From positions 91,760,001 to 91,824,000 of the forward strand of contig NC_090327.1 in assembly GCF_035084215.1 (NCBI RefSeq): a stretch of DNA of 64,000 bases. Direction: 5' to 3'. Position 1 is the stretch's first letter; every line of letters starts with the position of its first letter. The DNA comes from Heptranchias perlo (taxonomy: Eukaryota). Shown here one piece after another: positions 26,670 to 39,739 of this stretch. The position numbers and the translations under genes are program-made. A model generated the notes under the pieces. It was not told where the DNA came from. It ran no database searches and saw nothing but the letters and a program-made list of their open reading frames with translations.

Positions 26670-29600
26670 GATTCCCTTCTCCCTCCAAAATAAAAAATAA
26701 ACTTTATATATAATACCAATAAAAAAATTTAAAAACCAAAACTTTCCAAACTCTTTACAAACTATACTATTTACAGCATTACATTGTGAGGCAACCCTTC
26801 TCCAGGACCTCTAATAAATTCTTTATACACGCACCTCTTTTAGTAAAACAATCCGACAGTTGATGGCTTGAATCTACCCACTTAATTTTTTAGAGATTTC
26901 CTTTCTCTCCAGCATTTGTTTTAAGTCAGCAGGTCAATCCATAACCTTTTCTCAATCACATTTTTTGTAGAGTGTACATTATCTCACAATGAATGATTGT
27001 CTACGTAGCAATCAATAGGTATACTATCTTCAGTACTCCCTTTGTACAGGAAATCACAAAATATTTTCCAAATAGAATCCCATAACCACTGTATCGACGA
27101 GAGCCAGTGTTTCAGCAGCCAGAGTACTTTTAACAACCCTTTTTATTTTCTTGGCTTCCGAAGCTAAAGGACAATATTTCCCAGTCTCACCCATAAGAAA
27201 CACTATGAAACCAGCTGAACTAGCACACCCATCAGGAAGATTAGCATTTGAAGCATCGTTAAAGATAACTAGCTTAATTTTCTTTGGGTCACCTAAAGAT
27301 GGGAACCCAAGCACACATTTATCTGTATTTAATTTTCATAATGTTTTATTTGCCCTTAAAACATTCTCTACTATGGGGTGTTTCATTAAAGTACTTAACT
27401 CCAACACATCAAAACTAGCACCTGGTCTCATTTGAGTGCACAACCAGTTCAACTGACCAATCAAGCTTCGTAATTGCTCAGTCTCTTCTTCAGATATAAC
27501 ATCACCTTTCTGTGATGACCCAATACAATTCACTGGGATGGGAGTAACACTCTCTAAATAGGACTGTTGATTTAAAGTTATATCTGACCCACTCTGCTTA
27601 ATATCTAAACCAATATATATAAAAGGCCCACAGGCCTGATTCCCAATTTTAAATTCTACTCTAATCTTATTAATGACGAATCTCAAATTCTGCAGTACCA
27701 CCCCATTAGAAATTATCAACATGCACCATGAAGACACCTGAAAGTTTTCCATTATGATATCGATAAAACATTGAGGGAAATCAGCAAAACAGATCTCACC
27801 GAAAATTACCATACCCTGGAAGCAACATTTAAGCCATAGATGCATTTGTTTAGTTTCCATAGTTTTCCTTCCACATCTGCTGCCTCTTTAGGCAGTTTCA
27901 GAAATACTTCTCTCTGAAAAGTATTGCCCTGCAGAAATGCAGCTTTTATGTCAATTGACCTACACTTCCATGAAAATGTTGCCAAAAGAGCCAAAAAGAT
28001 TTTTAACATTACCTTTCCAGCAGTGAGAGAATCCACTCAAACACTTGTATCACCCAGTTTTTCTTCAAAACTCCGAGCTACCAGCCTCGCTTTAGCCTTA
28101 TAAGTCCCATCAGCAAGGACTTTTTCATTACAAACCCATCAATGCGACAAAGCTGGTTGACACTTATCTGTTACCCCAGAATAAACTCCAAATTCTTTCC
28201 AACTATCTAACTCCCTTCGCTTTGCCTCTCTTACTCGTTTCTCCTCAAGTTGGCAGCCACCAAAACGTCACAATCATGAGGACTTCTGCGTCTAGTTCTG
28301 TTATGTGACTGTTCCGTGGTCTTTGTTTCATTGTCTGACCTATCAATCTATATCCTCTACTTCCACTTCTATGCCTGCATGGACGACTACTGCAAGATCT
28401 CCCTCTTTCATCTCTAATTCGTGATCGTTTTCTGACATGAGATTCACTTCCAGAATCCTTATCACTACTCGGTCTCCACTTTCGAACTCTCCACTCTTTT
28501 ACCCCATTCTGCCAGTCCATGGACCTCATGGCCAAGGACATCATCCTGAACTTGCAACCAAAATTTAAACCTACCAGTAGCTTTGCCTGCATGTCCCAAA
28601 ATTGTTGCATCTCTCCATTTATTAGTCCCTTCTGGAACATATATCCCTTGTGTATCCACTTTGGGTAATTGTTCTTTGGATATGATAGCTCTGTCATGTG
28701 TTTCTTGACCACTGACATTACCGCTGTCCAGCCCTTTATCTCCCTTATTCTGTTCCTCAGGAATCTCATCAAAAAAATCATGAACATCGGAGGCACAAGG
28801 CGCCTTGTTTACTTCTATCAACTGCTCAGTCTGAGATTTTGTAATTAATTCTAATTAATTGTGAGGAATGAACCTTAACAGTTTGACTACCATGTTGAAC
28901 AATTACTGTTTTACCTTACCAGGGCCTTTCCATTCCCTATGACCCTCTTTTATAGTATACCAAATCTCCTTAATTGACCTCTATTTCAAATGGTCTAATA
29001 TGATGCCTAAGTGCTCTACAAATTTTCTCTGATACCTCAGCCTTGATAAAAGCTCATCTCCCCGCATAACATTTAAATGGTCAGAAAAAAATGGCACTAA
29101 TTGTAGGACCTTCTAGAGCAGGAGGATTATCACAAAGAACAGAAGGTAATTTGGGATTGCACCCATAGACTAGTTGGGAAGGACTATATCCTCCAGCCAT
29201 CTAAAAGAGAATTCTTTACATGAACTGCCTATGCAGTTGACAATTTACACTCTGGTCGATCAGCCAAAATTTTATGCACCATGATATCAATCACAGCATG
29301 ATTCCTTTTACAAAGGCCATTGCTAAAACAGCTCTCAGCTGCTGTATTCGTGACAATTATATTCATATTCTCATACATATCTCTGAACTCCGCATTCACA
29401 AATTCACCTCCATTATCAGTCAAAAACTTTGCTCGTGTTCCAAGTCCAGTCCCTATCCATTTTTCCATAATTTTATCTAGAATAACCTTCTTCTCCTTAC
29501 TATATTTTAGTGTAGAAATAGTAAATCTCGCAGTCAGGTCCCATACCTTCAGATCCATGGCAACTACCTCATTAAAGTCACATGCTAATGGAATACTTAC

Positions 29601-31245
29601 ATCTGGACACAAAGGCGTCCGTCTATACTTCTCACAGATTTCACAGTTTGCATTAATCTCTTCTATGAGCCTCGTTTATTCCTCATCAACTACACCTGCA
29701 TCTTTTAGCAGGCTTTTCAAATGTTGACAAGTAGGGTGGGCAAATTGTCTATGTAACTTTAAGACCATTTTATTTTCCTCTCTTATCCTTATCACCTGAT
29801 GCCATTAGTACTTGCCTAACATGCTGATGAGAAACATCAGGTTTTATTAAGGGGATACCATAATGCCCTGACTGGGTAAACTGCAAATCAATCAATTTCC
29901 CAAAAGTGATTGCCTCATCGTGTTCCATGTCAAGTTTCATTTTTGCCTTTTTCATGGAAGGTTTAGCCAAAAGCATCGGTATCTCACTAGAGACGACATG
30001 CGTACTTATAAAATGGCTTACTCCAGCTATCTTACATGGAATTACCACTCTCGAGTGACCTCAAAGTGTTGTCATCTACAAACCTATAACATGGAGAACG
30101 TTTATATTCCTTAACCTTGCTTCGATCCTCACTACTCAGTGAATCAAAATAACATTTTAACCAATCTACCCCGCATACAGTTGAAGTACATGCACTAGCA
30201 CCGCACAATTAAAGGAATCCGCAACTAATACATTCATCACAGGACTAAAACTCCTTGTGACCAGTATAATCTGTTCATGTTCATCATTATCTTCATCCTC
30301 TTCCTCAGAACTACTTTCTTCATGAGTCATTTTAAAGACCCTGCATCTTCGCTCTGGCAATTCGCCTCATAATGATAATTAGAGTCACATCTAAAGCATC
30401 TTCTGATTTTTCCTGGGGCATTCCTGAAATTCATTTACCTGTTATTACTGTCCCAATTTTGTCTTCTGTTGATATAAATGGATTTGCTGTACTTGCTTTC
30501 ATCACAATCTGGCTGTCTTAAATCCTTCCGTCATAGTCACGCCTTCGTCTGGTCTCTTGAAAATTTTGAAACTGGAACTGACGCTTACGTTTAGTATCTA
30601 GAACATTTCGAAACCTGGTAGCCATCAAATCTTCCATTCTTTGTGTCACAACGGAAGACCCCATATATTCCATGAAGGCTGAAGGGAATGACTGTTTGCC
30701 AGGAATTTCTTTAAGGCAGCAGACATTTGATCCTACAGAGTCTCCTTTTCCAAGAACTGGATGGTTAGGATCAATTGCCTGTCCATATGAGACACCTTAG
30801 CACAACCTAGTAATCTAAACGCTAGGGATTCCCAATTTGAACTTTGTCAACCTTTTGTACAATTTGTTGAAGTCCATGATATATTCTTCCATTGAATGAC
30901 CGTCCATTTTCCGAAATCTATTAAATGCTGACCAGGCCTCATAGGCATTTAACAGGTCATCTTTTTTGAAGATTTTATCCAGATATTCTAGTAGAAAGGT
31001 AAAACCTTCATCAGTATCCAAAAGATCTGCATCCATCTCAGAAAATACCTTACTTCTGATTTTACTTTGTTCAGGAAGCGACAACACCAAGGCCATGCCT
31101 TGCTTTCTCTTTGTAGAGTCGTAACCAGTGTCCACTGGTCATACGGTTCAATCTCCGAGAACATCGGAGGGGATTCATACCTCGACGATTGAGATTTGCT
31201 TTCTGTCAATTTCCACAATGGCCTCTAGACTTTCAAGTTTTGCTT

Positions 31246-31982
31246 TCATAGAATCATAGAAAGGTTACAGCATGGAAGGAGGCCATTTGGCCCATCGAGT
31301 CCACGCCGGCTCTATGCAAGAGCAATCCAGCTAGTCCCACTACCCTGCCCTATCCCTGTAGTCCTGCAATTTTTTCCTTTCAAGTACTTATCCAGCTCCC
31401 TTTTGAAGGCCATAATTGAATCTGCCTCCATCACCCCCTTGGGCAGTGCATTCCAGATCCTAACCACTCATTGTGTAAAAACCTTTTTCCTCATGTCACC
31501 GTTAGTTCTTTTGCCAATCACCTTAAATCTCTGTCCTCTGGTTCTTGACACTTCCACCAATGGGAACAGTTTCTCTCTATCTACTCCGTCTAGACCCTTC
31601 ATGATTTTGAATACCTCTTCAAATCTCCTCTCAACCTTCTCTGTTCAAAGGAGAACAACTCCAGCTTCTCCAGTCTATCCATGTAACTAAAGTCCCTCAT
31701 CACTGCAATGCCTCATTCTTCATTGGGCCAGAAACATACTGGTTAAGAAAGTTATCCTGAACACATTTCAAAAATTCCTCCCCCTCTTTGCCCCTTATAT
31801 TATTATTGTTATCCCAGTCTATATTAGGATAGTTGAAGTCCCCAGTTATCACTACTCTATAGCTATTGCACCTCTCTGTAATTTCCCTGCAAATTTGCTC
31901 CTCCATATCCTTCCCACTAGTTGGTGGCCTATAGATTACACCCAGTCGTGTAATAGCACCTCCTTTATTTCTTAACTCTAAC
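31246..31982 (-). mobile_element. CR1 insertion in the Copia leader, internally deleted (endonuclease joined to 3' end)
   Basis: catagaatcataga tail; junction near 31700; GVIYRPP and GDFNYPNIDW; cttt on both sides. Confidence 0.85.
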
Positions 31983-32018
31983 TTTGTATGTCCAAATTTC
32001 CAACCTCCACTTTTAAGC

Positions 32019-32036
32019 AACCATCCTCTGCTACCA
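32019..32036 (-). promoter_or_regulatory. Primer-binding site for tRNA-iMet
   Basis: Minus TGGTAGCAGAGGATGGTT, complementary to the 3' end of initiator Met tRNA, abutting the 5' LTR. Confidence 0.9.
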
Positions 32037-32170
32037 TGTTAAAACTGGATAGCCATGTGCTGAAGGATCGAATACTAGAGCCTGGTTTTTAGTTTCTTCC
32101 AAGTCTTTATTCACAGAGTTTTCTCTTGCACACACACCACGCCATATCTAAGTTCTCCTGTAAAAAGGAT
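32037..32170 (-). repeat. Copia 5' LTR, truncated
   Basis: Aligns with 26492-about 26623; the last ~45 bp are missing. Confidence 0.85.
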
Positions 32171-32182
32171 CATTGTAGAGTT

Positions 32183-32458
32183 TTTTTTCAGAAAACCAAT
32201 AAACCCAATTTAAAAAAATTTTTTTTTTGCACAAACCAAAAAACCCAAAACAACTGTCAAATCAAAATTTTATTATTCTGGTCCAGGATGCACTCCAGCC
32301 CCTGCGGTGCCCACCGGTCGTGGAAAGCCTCAAGCGTATCGGAAGATACCGCGTACTCCATCTCCAGGGTCACCCGGGCGCGGAGAATTCCGCGGAAGAG
32401 AGGCAGACAGTGCGAGCGACCGCCCCCATGGGCTATGTCTAACCTGGACCTGTGGATA
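32183..32458 (-). mobile_element. Tx1/L1-clade LINE 3' end, recent 5'-truncated insertion
   Basis: Open frame IHRSRLDIAHGGGRSHCLPLFRGILRARVTLEMEYAVSSDTLEAFHDRWAPQGLECILDQNNKILI*; T-rich UTR, poly(A); 11-bp TSD attgtagagtt (32172-32182, 32459-32469). Confidence 0.75.
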
Positions 32459-33237
32459 ATTGTAGAGTTGATTCAGTGCTCCTGTGCACCAGAAAAGCAA
32501 GTGTATCACTGGTGCCAAGATGGGAGAGAAGACTCTGTGCCAATATCTTTTGGGCTCACAATTAAGCGTTCTTCTATTCTGGTGAGCTGAAGTACTTCTA
32601 CTCACTTCAAGTGCGAGCCTCCTTATCGTCTAAGATTACATGCACAAATATTTAAATGAAAGCCCAGCCCAACTCAGTGGTATTTCTGCTGGGTATGCTA
32701 TTTTTATCTTGTAAGCAATGGTAGCACAGGTGCTCCATGGGTGAAGAAGCTCTGAAATAGTCTTTGTATGGATGTTTTTCATATTGCTTATGGTACTTCT
32801 TTAGGACTTCTTCCCATATTTTTGAATTTTAAAAAAATTGGAGGCTTATTTTAAGTTCTTAAGGTTAAAGTTTACTTTTAAAGTATCCCAAATAAAGTAT
32901 TTAATGGTCGACATCGTACAAAATGAAAAAAGGCATGCCAGAAAGGTCAGAAGGCCCCAGACCATATATGCAGACACTTACCAACAGTGCGCAACTATAG
33001 CTTTTAAGCCTTGCGTTGAATCAGTTCTTTTTTGGCATGTTTACCAATGGATTTTGAATTTTAAAAACCTTGTGGTCACAGACAAGGGAGGCCATTTAGC
33101 CCATCTAATTCATCCTTCCACCAAAAACTGCAGATCCATAACAGTATCTAATTGCTGCTTGAATGATCACTAATTTTTGGCCTTCATTACCCTATGTGAA
33201 AGCAAACAAAGCCTATTTCAGAGAAGAAGGAAGAGGA

Positions 33238-34115
33238 TAGGCCCAACCATCTTCAGCTGCTTCATCAATGACCTTCCCTCCATCATAAGGTCAAAAATGG
33301 GGATGTTCGCTGATGATTGCGCAGTGTTCAGTTCCATTCGAAACCCCTCAGATAATGAAGCAGTCCATGCCCGCATGCAGCAAGACCTGGACAACATCCA
33401 GGCTTGGGCTCATAAGTGGCAAGTAACATTCGCGCCAGACAAGTGCCAGGCAATGACCATCTCCAACAAGACAGAGTCTAACCACCTTCCCTTGATATTC
33501 AACAGCATTACCATCGTCAAATCCCCCACCATCAACATCCTGGGGGTCACCACTGACCAGAAACTTAACTGGACCAGCCACATAAATATTGTGGCTACAA
33601 GAGCAGGTCAGAGGCTGGGTATTCTGTGGTGAGTGACTCACCTCGTGACTCCACAAAGCCTTTCCACCATCTACAAGGCACAAGTCAGGAGTGTGATGGA
33701 ATACTCTCCATTTGCCTGGATGAGTGCAGCTCCAACAACACTCAAGAAGCTCGACACCATCCAAGACAAAGCAGCCCGCTTGATTGGCACCCCATCCACC
33801 ACCATAAACATTCACAGGAACACTGCAGCAACTCGCAACCCGAGACCTGTACCACCTAGAAGGACAAGGGCAGCAGACACCTGCACGTTCCCCTCCGAGT
33901 CACACACCATCCTGACTTGGAAATATATCGCCGTTCCTTAAGTGTTGCTGGGTCAAAATCCTGGAACTCCCGACCTAACAGCACTGTGGGAGAACCTTCA
34001 CCACACGGACTGCAGCGGTTCAAGAAGGCGGCTCACCACCACCTTCTCAAGGGCAATTAGGGATGGGCAATAAATGCTGGCCTTGCCAGCGACGCCCACA
34101 TCCCATGAGTGAGTA
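33238..34115 (+). mobile_element. CR1-group LINE, second family, 3' part
   Basis: GPTIFSCFINDLP, MFADDC, QVRSVMEYS; tail gggatgggcaataaatgctggcc. Confidence 0.88.
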
Positions 34116-34518
34116 AAAAGAGATTGTGGGCAAAAGGAGAAGGGGGTCTATTGTCACCCACACTTGGGGCGAGCAAGTGGGAGTGGGGCAGTGAGGATAG
34201 AGGGTTGAGGACGAGGTGAGTAACAGTGGATCAAGGGGAAGGGGATGGAGAGGATAGAGGGGTTGAGTGGGTAGTTGAAAGCGGAAGCAATAGAGTTACT
34301 GGTAGGAGAGAGAGGATTGTGGGAAGAGAAAGGTGTAGGAGACTCGATTGGAGTGAGGTGATGGGGGAAGCATGAGATATTGGTGGAGGGGATGGGAAGG
34401 TAACCACCGAGGGCCATACTTTTACCACAACCCCCACCACAAATGCAGCCTGCAGCTCTTGGTGGTTCGTTGCTCTGCCACACTACGCCATACCACCTGA
34501 AAGGAAAGAAGCAAAGGA

Positions 34519-34524
<6 letters not shown>

Positions 34525-34553
<29 letters not shown>
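34525..34553. repeat. (AG)n microsatellite
   Basis: Directly visible. Confidence 0.95.
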
Positions 34554-34557
<4 letters not shown>

Positions 34558-36474
34558 CAGATATCATAATGTGTACTGAATTCAAACTTCCTGAATTTCA
34601 CAACTTTATATCTTAAAGCACACATCTAATAATTTAGTATCCAACAATCAGATTTTTGGAATTAATATTAGCATTGAGTTTCTCTCACTCTGCAATAATA
34701 GTTAGTCTGAATTTTTGTTATAGCTAACGTTTAACCCTGCCAGATACCATTTGGTATTTTTAGTTATTTTTCAATGGGCTTCCTACAACCAACATGACTC
34801 AGGAGTAGTTCTGATATTGAAGTCAGTGTTCCTCCTACTCACCTAGAGCGTTGGAGGTTGATATTGACAGAAGTATTGGGTTTAAAAGAAAACAGGGAGA
34901 AAAAAAATCTCAACTCCTGCAACAAAAGAGCTTTAAAATGGCAGCAATTTCAATATGGATCATCCAATTTATTTTAATAGATTTCTCAAAAAGATGCCAC
35001 TTTAATTACATAAAAGTTCCCTCCAAGGCATAAAGAATCATTGCATCAAAAAAGTGCCACAGTGTGGAGATTTTCTGAACAGAAATATTATACAAATAAA
35101 AAGATAGTATTACCAGACAATTCAGATATGTTTCTTTGCTCCATTAGAACGTGAAACTATAAGGGTATTCATTTGATAGGTATAGGATCAAATAAAAAAA
35201 GACTAAAGAAGTGAGATATATGTATGTATATATATATTCAAGGTAGCATGCTCAACGAGATAATTCAATTTCCATAAAGGCTGGAACATTGAGCAGCCAA
35301 ATCCCTCCAGAATTTAATGTCAGTTCCATCATCAAGCACTTATTGTTCATCTCCCTGAAGAGTTTCAGTTGGAACCAACAGAAATTAAGCACCAGATCAG
35401 TGTGCAATAGTATATACAAATGCAGAGAATACAAATTTTACCTCTATGATGTTCAGAAGCTGCTTTTCGGAGAGCTAGGAAATGGATTCTGTTTCCCATG
35501 CGAGATCAAGTATTATTATGCTATTATGCATTCTTATTTCCTGTGAGCTTATGGTGTCATTAATGGTGTGTACACAAGGTTGCCAACTAAGAGTAAATGA
35601 ATGCCGTTAGTATTAGGAATGGTGGGTTATTTATCCTTATGACTTCTGTTCAAAAAAAAGTGTATCATACATAAATGCCATGAAAACGCTCATGGCTATT
35701 ATCTTGAAAATTGTATTTGAATGTCAGATGTGGACAGGTTGCAGTGTAAGAGTATGAAATCCCTGTATTTTCCTAGCACAAATGGTGGAATGAGCAGACA
35801 GATGACCTGTTTGTAGGCCACCTCCAATGTAACTCTTGTCAATAATGAGACACGCAAGAACGCCTGTTGATTTTTCCTTCTCCCATTCCCGTGGGGAAGC
35901 ATGTGACCCCTATGTATCCTTTGTCTCTGTGTCTTTCATCGAGGCATATTAATAAAGAAACCACACAGTGGCTGCAGGCTGTGGAGTCATAATCTTTTAC
36001 TTAGTCCTTCCCTGTTTTTCAGTACTCCTGATTTGGAATTGGTTTGAGTTTGTTTACTTATGTCTGATTATGTACTAAAAAACAGCTTGTAGATTATTGA
36101 TGCATCAGATAGACTGGAGGTGAAATTCAACTTCAGCAGGGTGCACAATGAGTGGTAGTGGATCGGCCGCCCATTAGACACCCCACCCAATTTTCCATTC
36201 CATTGAAGTGAGGATAGTTAAACTAATTTAACACTCTTATCAGTCAAAGTTTAAGTCTACAAGAGTTGTACTGAATTGCCAGGTTGCCATCAATCACTAG
36301 CATCCATATAACTCAATTTTCATTTTAATTGCCAAAAACATTTGTACAATTTGCCATTGGTTTATCCTTTTAATGATTAGCATTTGTTAAAATTAGGCTG
36401 TTGGATAATTCTTCCGTGGTACTACTCATAGCACTACTTTTACACAATTTAATAATGCAGGGAAATAACTGCTA

Positions 36475-36680
36475 GAATAGAATTACATAGAATTTACAGC
36501 ACTGAAACAGGCCATTCGGCCCAACTGGTCAATGCTCCACACGAGCCTCCTCCCACCCCTCTTCATCAAACTCTATCAGCATAATCATCTAATCCTTTCT
36601 CCCTAAAGCGTTTATCTAGCTTCCCCTTAAATGCATCTATATTATTCGCCTCAACTACTCCTTGTGCTAGCGAGTTCATA
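36475..36680 (-). mobile_element. CR1 3' tail fragment
   Basis: Same tail as 1207-1463. Confidence 0.8.
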
Positions 36681-36899
36681 TATTTTTTTTTTCGTACAAA
36701 TCTACAAATAAAAGTGTTCTGAGACATTAAGGGGCTGACCAATTGATAACAATCCGCAGTTTGTTTGGAATCAGGGACAACACAGCATGCACTTGATGTC
36801 TATAATTGTTGGGCTCTTGGGCTCAGTTGTTTGTGTCTTTACAATCTGGCAACAGTTATAGAGTTCTTCGATAATTAAGACATCAGCTGGCTTATTTCC

Positions 36900-37922
36900 T
36901 ATTGTTAGTGGGGTGCCGCAAGGATCAGTGCTGGGGCCTTAGCTATTTACAATCTATATTAATGACTTAGATGAAGGGACCGAGTGCAACGTATCCAAGT
37001 TTGCTGACGGTACAAAGCTATGTGGGAAAGTAAGCTGTGAGGAGGACACAAAGAGTCTGCAAAGGGATATAGACAGGTTAAGTGAGTGGGCAAGAAGGTG
37101 GCAGATGGAGTATAATGTGGGGAGATGTGAGGTTATTCACTTTGGTAGGAAGAATAGAAAAATAGAATATTTTTTAAATGGTGAAAAACTTTTAAATGTT
37201 GGTGTTCAGAGGGATTTGGGTGTTCTTATACACAAAACATAAAAAGTGAACATGCAGGTACAGCAAGCAATTAGGAAGGCAACTGGTATGTTGGTCTTTA
37301 TTGCAAGGGAGTTGGAGTACATGAGTAAGGAGATCGTGCTGCAATTGTACAGGGCTTTGGTAAGACCACACCTGAAGTACTGTATAAGTTTTGGTTTCCT
37401 TACCTAAGGAAGGATATACTTGACTTAGAGGCGGTGCAACGAAGGTTTACTAGATTAATTCCTGCGATGAGAGGGTTGTCCTATGAGGAGAGATTGAGTA
37501 GAAGGGGCCTATATTCTCTGGAGTTTAGAAGAATGAGAGGTGATCTCGTTGAAACATAAAAGATTCTGAGAAGGATTGACAGGGTAGGTGCTGAGAGGCT
37601 GTTTCCAGTGGCTGGAGAGTCTAGAACTAGGGAACATAGTCTCAGGATAAGATGTCAGCCATTTTGGACTGAGATGAGGAGGAATTTCTTCACTCAGAGG
37701 ATTGTGAATATTTGGAATTCTCTACCCCAGAGGGCTGTGGATGCTCAGTCATTGAGTATATTCAAGGCTGAGATTGATACATTTTTGGACTTTAAGGGAA
37801 TCAAGGGATATGGGGATCCGGCGGGAAAGTGGAGCTGAGTTCGAAGATCAGCCATGATCTTATTGAATGGCGGAGCAGGCTCGAGGGGCCATATGGCCTA
37901 CTCCTGCTCCTATTTCTTATGC
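36900..37922 (+). mobile_element. CR1 LINE 3' fragment
   Basis: [16 protein letters not shown], then 3'UTR; stops and frameshifts. Confidence 0.92.
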
Positions 37923-39000
37923 TCTTCTGCACAGTAGCAGATGATATATCCTGGTGGACAATTCAGGCCAGCACTGCTTTTATCACTTTAATAGCCATAT
38001 AAACCCTGTTAAAAAACAAACACACCCACCTCTCTGGGGGATGAGCCATAGAAATGCCTGATTCATGGAGCAGGCCCTGCAACAGCTTCTCTAACTTCCC
38101 CTGCACCATTACCTCTGGAGCCCACCAAGGATCTATCCTTGGCCCACTTCTATTTTTAATCTACATGCTGCTCCTTGGCGACATCATCCGAACACATGAT
38201 GCAGGTTCCACATGTATGCTGTCGACACCCAACTCTACCTCACCACCATCCCTCTCTACCCCTCCATTGCCTCTGTGTTATCAGGTTGCTTGTCTGCATC
38301 CGGTCCTGGATGAGTCGAAATTTCCTCCAATTAAATATTGGGAACAAGGGCCATTGTCTTCAGCCCTCACCACAAACTCTGTTCCATAACCACTGATTCC
38401 ATTCCCCTCCATGTCCACAGTCTCAGGCTGAAACAAATGGTGCTTCTGCATCCTAGCTTCCATCCTCCCATCTTCCACACTCCATAAACTTGAGCTCAAT
38501 AAATTTGGTGCTCATATCCTAACTCGCACCAAGTCCTGTTCACCCATCACCCTTGTGCTCGCTGACCTGCATTGGCTCCTGGTGGACCACCTTGATTTTA
38601 ATATTTTTATCCTCATGTTCAAATCCCTCCATGGTCTTGCTCCTCCTTATCTCTGTAACCTATTCCAGCCCTACAACCCTCCGAGAACTCTGTGTTCCTC
38701 CAATTCTGATCTCTTATGCATCCCCCCCCCTCTACCTTCACCCCACTATTGGCGGCCGAGCCTTCTGCCGGCTAGACCCTAAGCTCTGAAATTCCCTCCG
38801 TAAACAACTCTGCCTCATTATCCTCCTTTAAGATGCTCCCAGCTCTTTGACCAAGCTTTTCGTCACCTGTCCTAATACCACTTTCTTTTGCTTGCTGTCC
38901 ATTTTTATCTATGATGTGGAGATGCCACTGATGGACTGGGGTTGACAAATGTAAGGAATCTTACAACACCAGGTTATAGTCCAACTGTTTTATTTGAAAA

Positions 39001-39037
39001 TCACAAGCTTTCGGAGGCTTTCTCCTTCGTCAGGTGA
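39001..39037 (-). ncRNA. Minimal hammerhead ribozyme motif
   Basis: Exact reverse complement of 39047-39083. Confidence 0.7.
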
Positions 39038-39046
39038 GTGTGACAC

Positions 39047-39083
39047 TCACCTGACGAAGGAGAAAGCCTCCGAAAGCTTGTGA
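39047..39083 (+). ncRNA. Minimal hammerhead ribozyme motif
   Basis: tcac ctgacga a ggag aaagc ctcc gaaa gc tt gtga. Confidence 0.7.
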
Positions 39084-39739
39084 TTTTCAAATAAAACAGT
39101 TGGACTATAACCTGGTGTTGTAAGATTCCTTACATTTTTATCTAATTACGCTTCTGTGAAGCACCTTAGGACGTTTTTCTACATTCAAGGCACTATATAA
39201 ATGCAAGTTGTTACTATTGCTGTCATATCTTAAAAATGTTTGCTTGGAAAATTTGTGAGAATCTTTAAATAACAATTTTAGTCAGTAATCTAATTTTTTT
39301 TGGTGATGTACTGATTTTAATAATTATATTTTATCTTATAACCTACCTCTTGGACCTTTTAGTTACCTTTTGGCTCGTTGTCAATTTTTGTCTGATTATG
39401 TTCCTGTAAATTGCCTTGGGATGTTTTACAACAATACAATAGAGAGTGTTAGAAAAAGCAGAAATGCCCTCTATACTTCTGAAGGGCAGCCTACAAATGC
39501 AAGTTTATTGTTGTTGACATTTCAGATCTATTACAAGCTGCAAAGACAGACATGCAAAGTGGGAGCTGATAAAGGTTGTTCAATAATGACTTTGGAAACA
39601 CAAAGAACTGGGGATCTTAAAGTAATTACTCTGGTTACTGCAGCTATTAGTGTATTTGACATTTTATTCTGCTATGCTTTGCAATAAATACACTGTTACG
39701 TAAGCCTGCCCTTTTCTCTGCAAAATGCAATACTCACCA

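Larger units (their letters stand above)
26492..32170 (-). mobile_element. Ty1/Copia LTR retrotransposon, GalEa-like, decayed
   Basis: Order gag (CFRCDSNYHYEANC) - PR - IN (LHRQFAH, TDNGGEF) - RT (KARLVA, DIKAAFLQG, HVD) - RH (KSTLAAE, QLSDCFTK); paired LTRs, PBS, PPT. Confidence 0.9.
38912..39137 (-). mobile_element. Penelope-like short element, perfect palindrome
   Basis: 95-bp arms 38947-39041 and 39043-39137 with 1-nt spacer; direct repeat catttttatcta at 38900-38911 and 39133-39144. Confidence 0.85.
38095..39220 (+). mobile_element. L2-clade LINE fragment, split by a Penelope-like palindrome
   Basis: [33 protein letters not shown]; tail tatataaatgcaagttgtt. Confidence 0.82.

Noticed and set aside
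32019-32036. tRNA-Met gene
   Set aside because: Only 18 nt including CCA and abutting an LTR, so a PBS
34116-34625. Several overlapping minus-strand ORFs
   Set aside because: Arise from a purine-rich low-complexity tract and (AG)n
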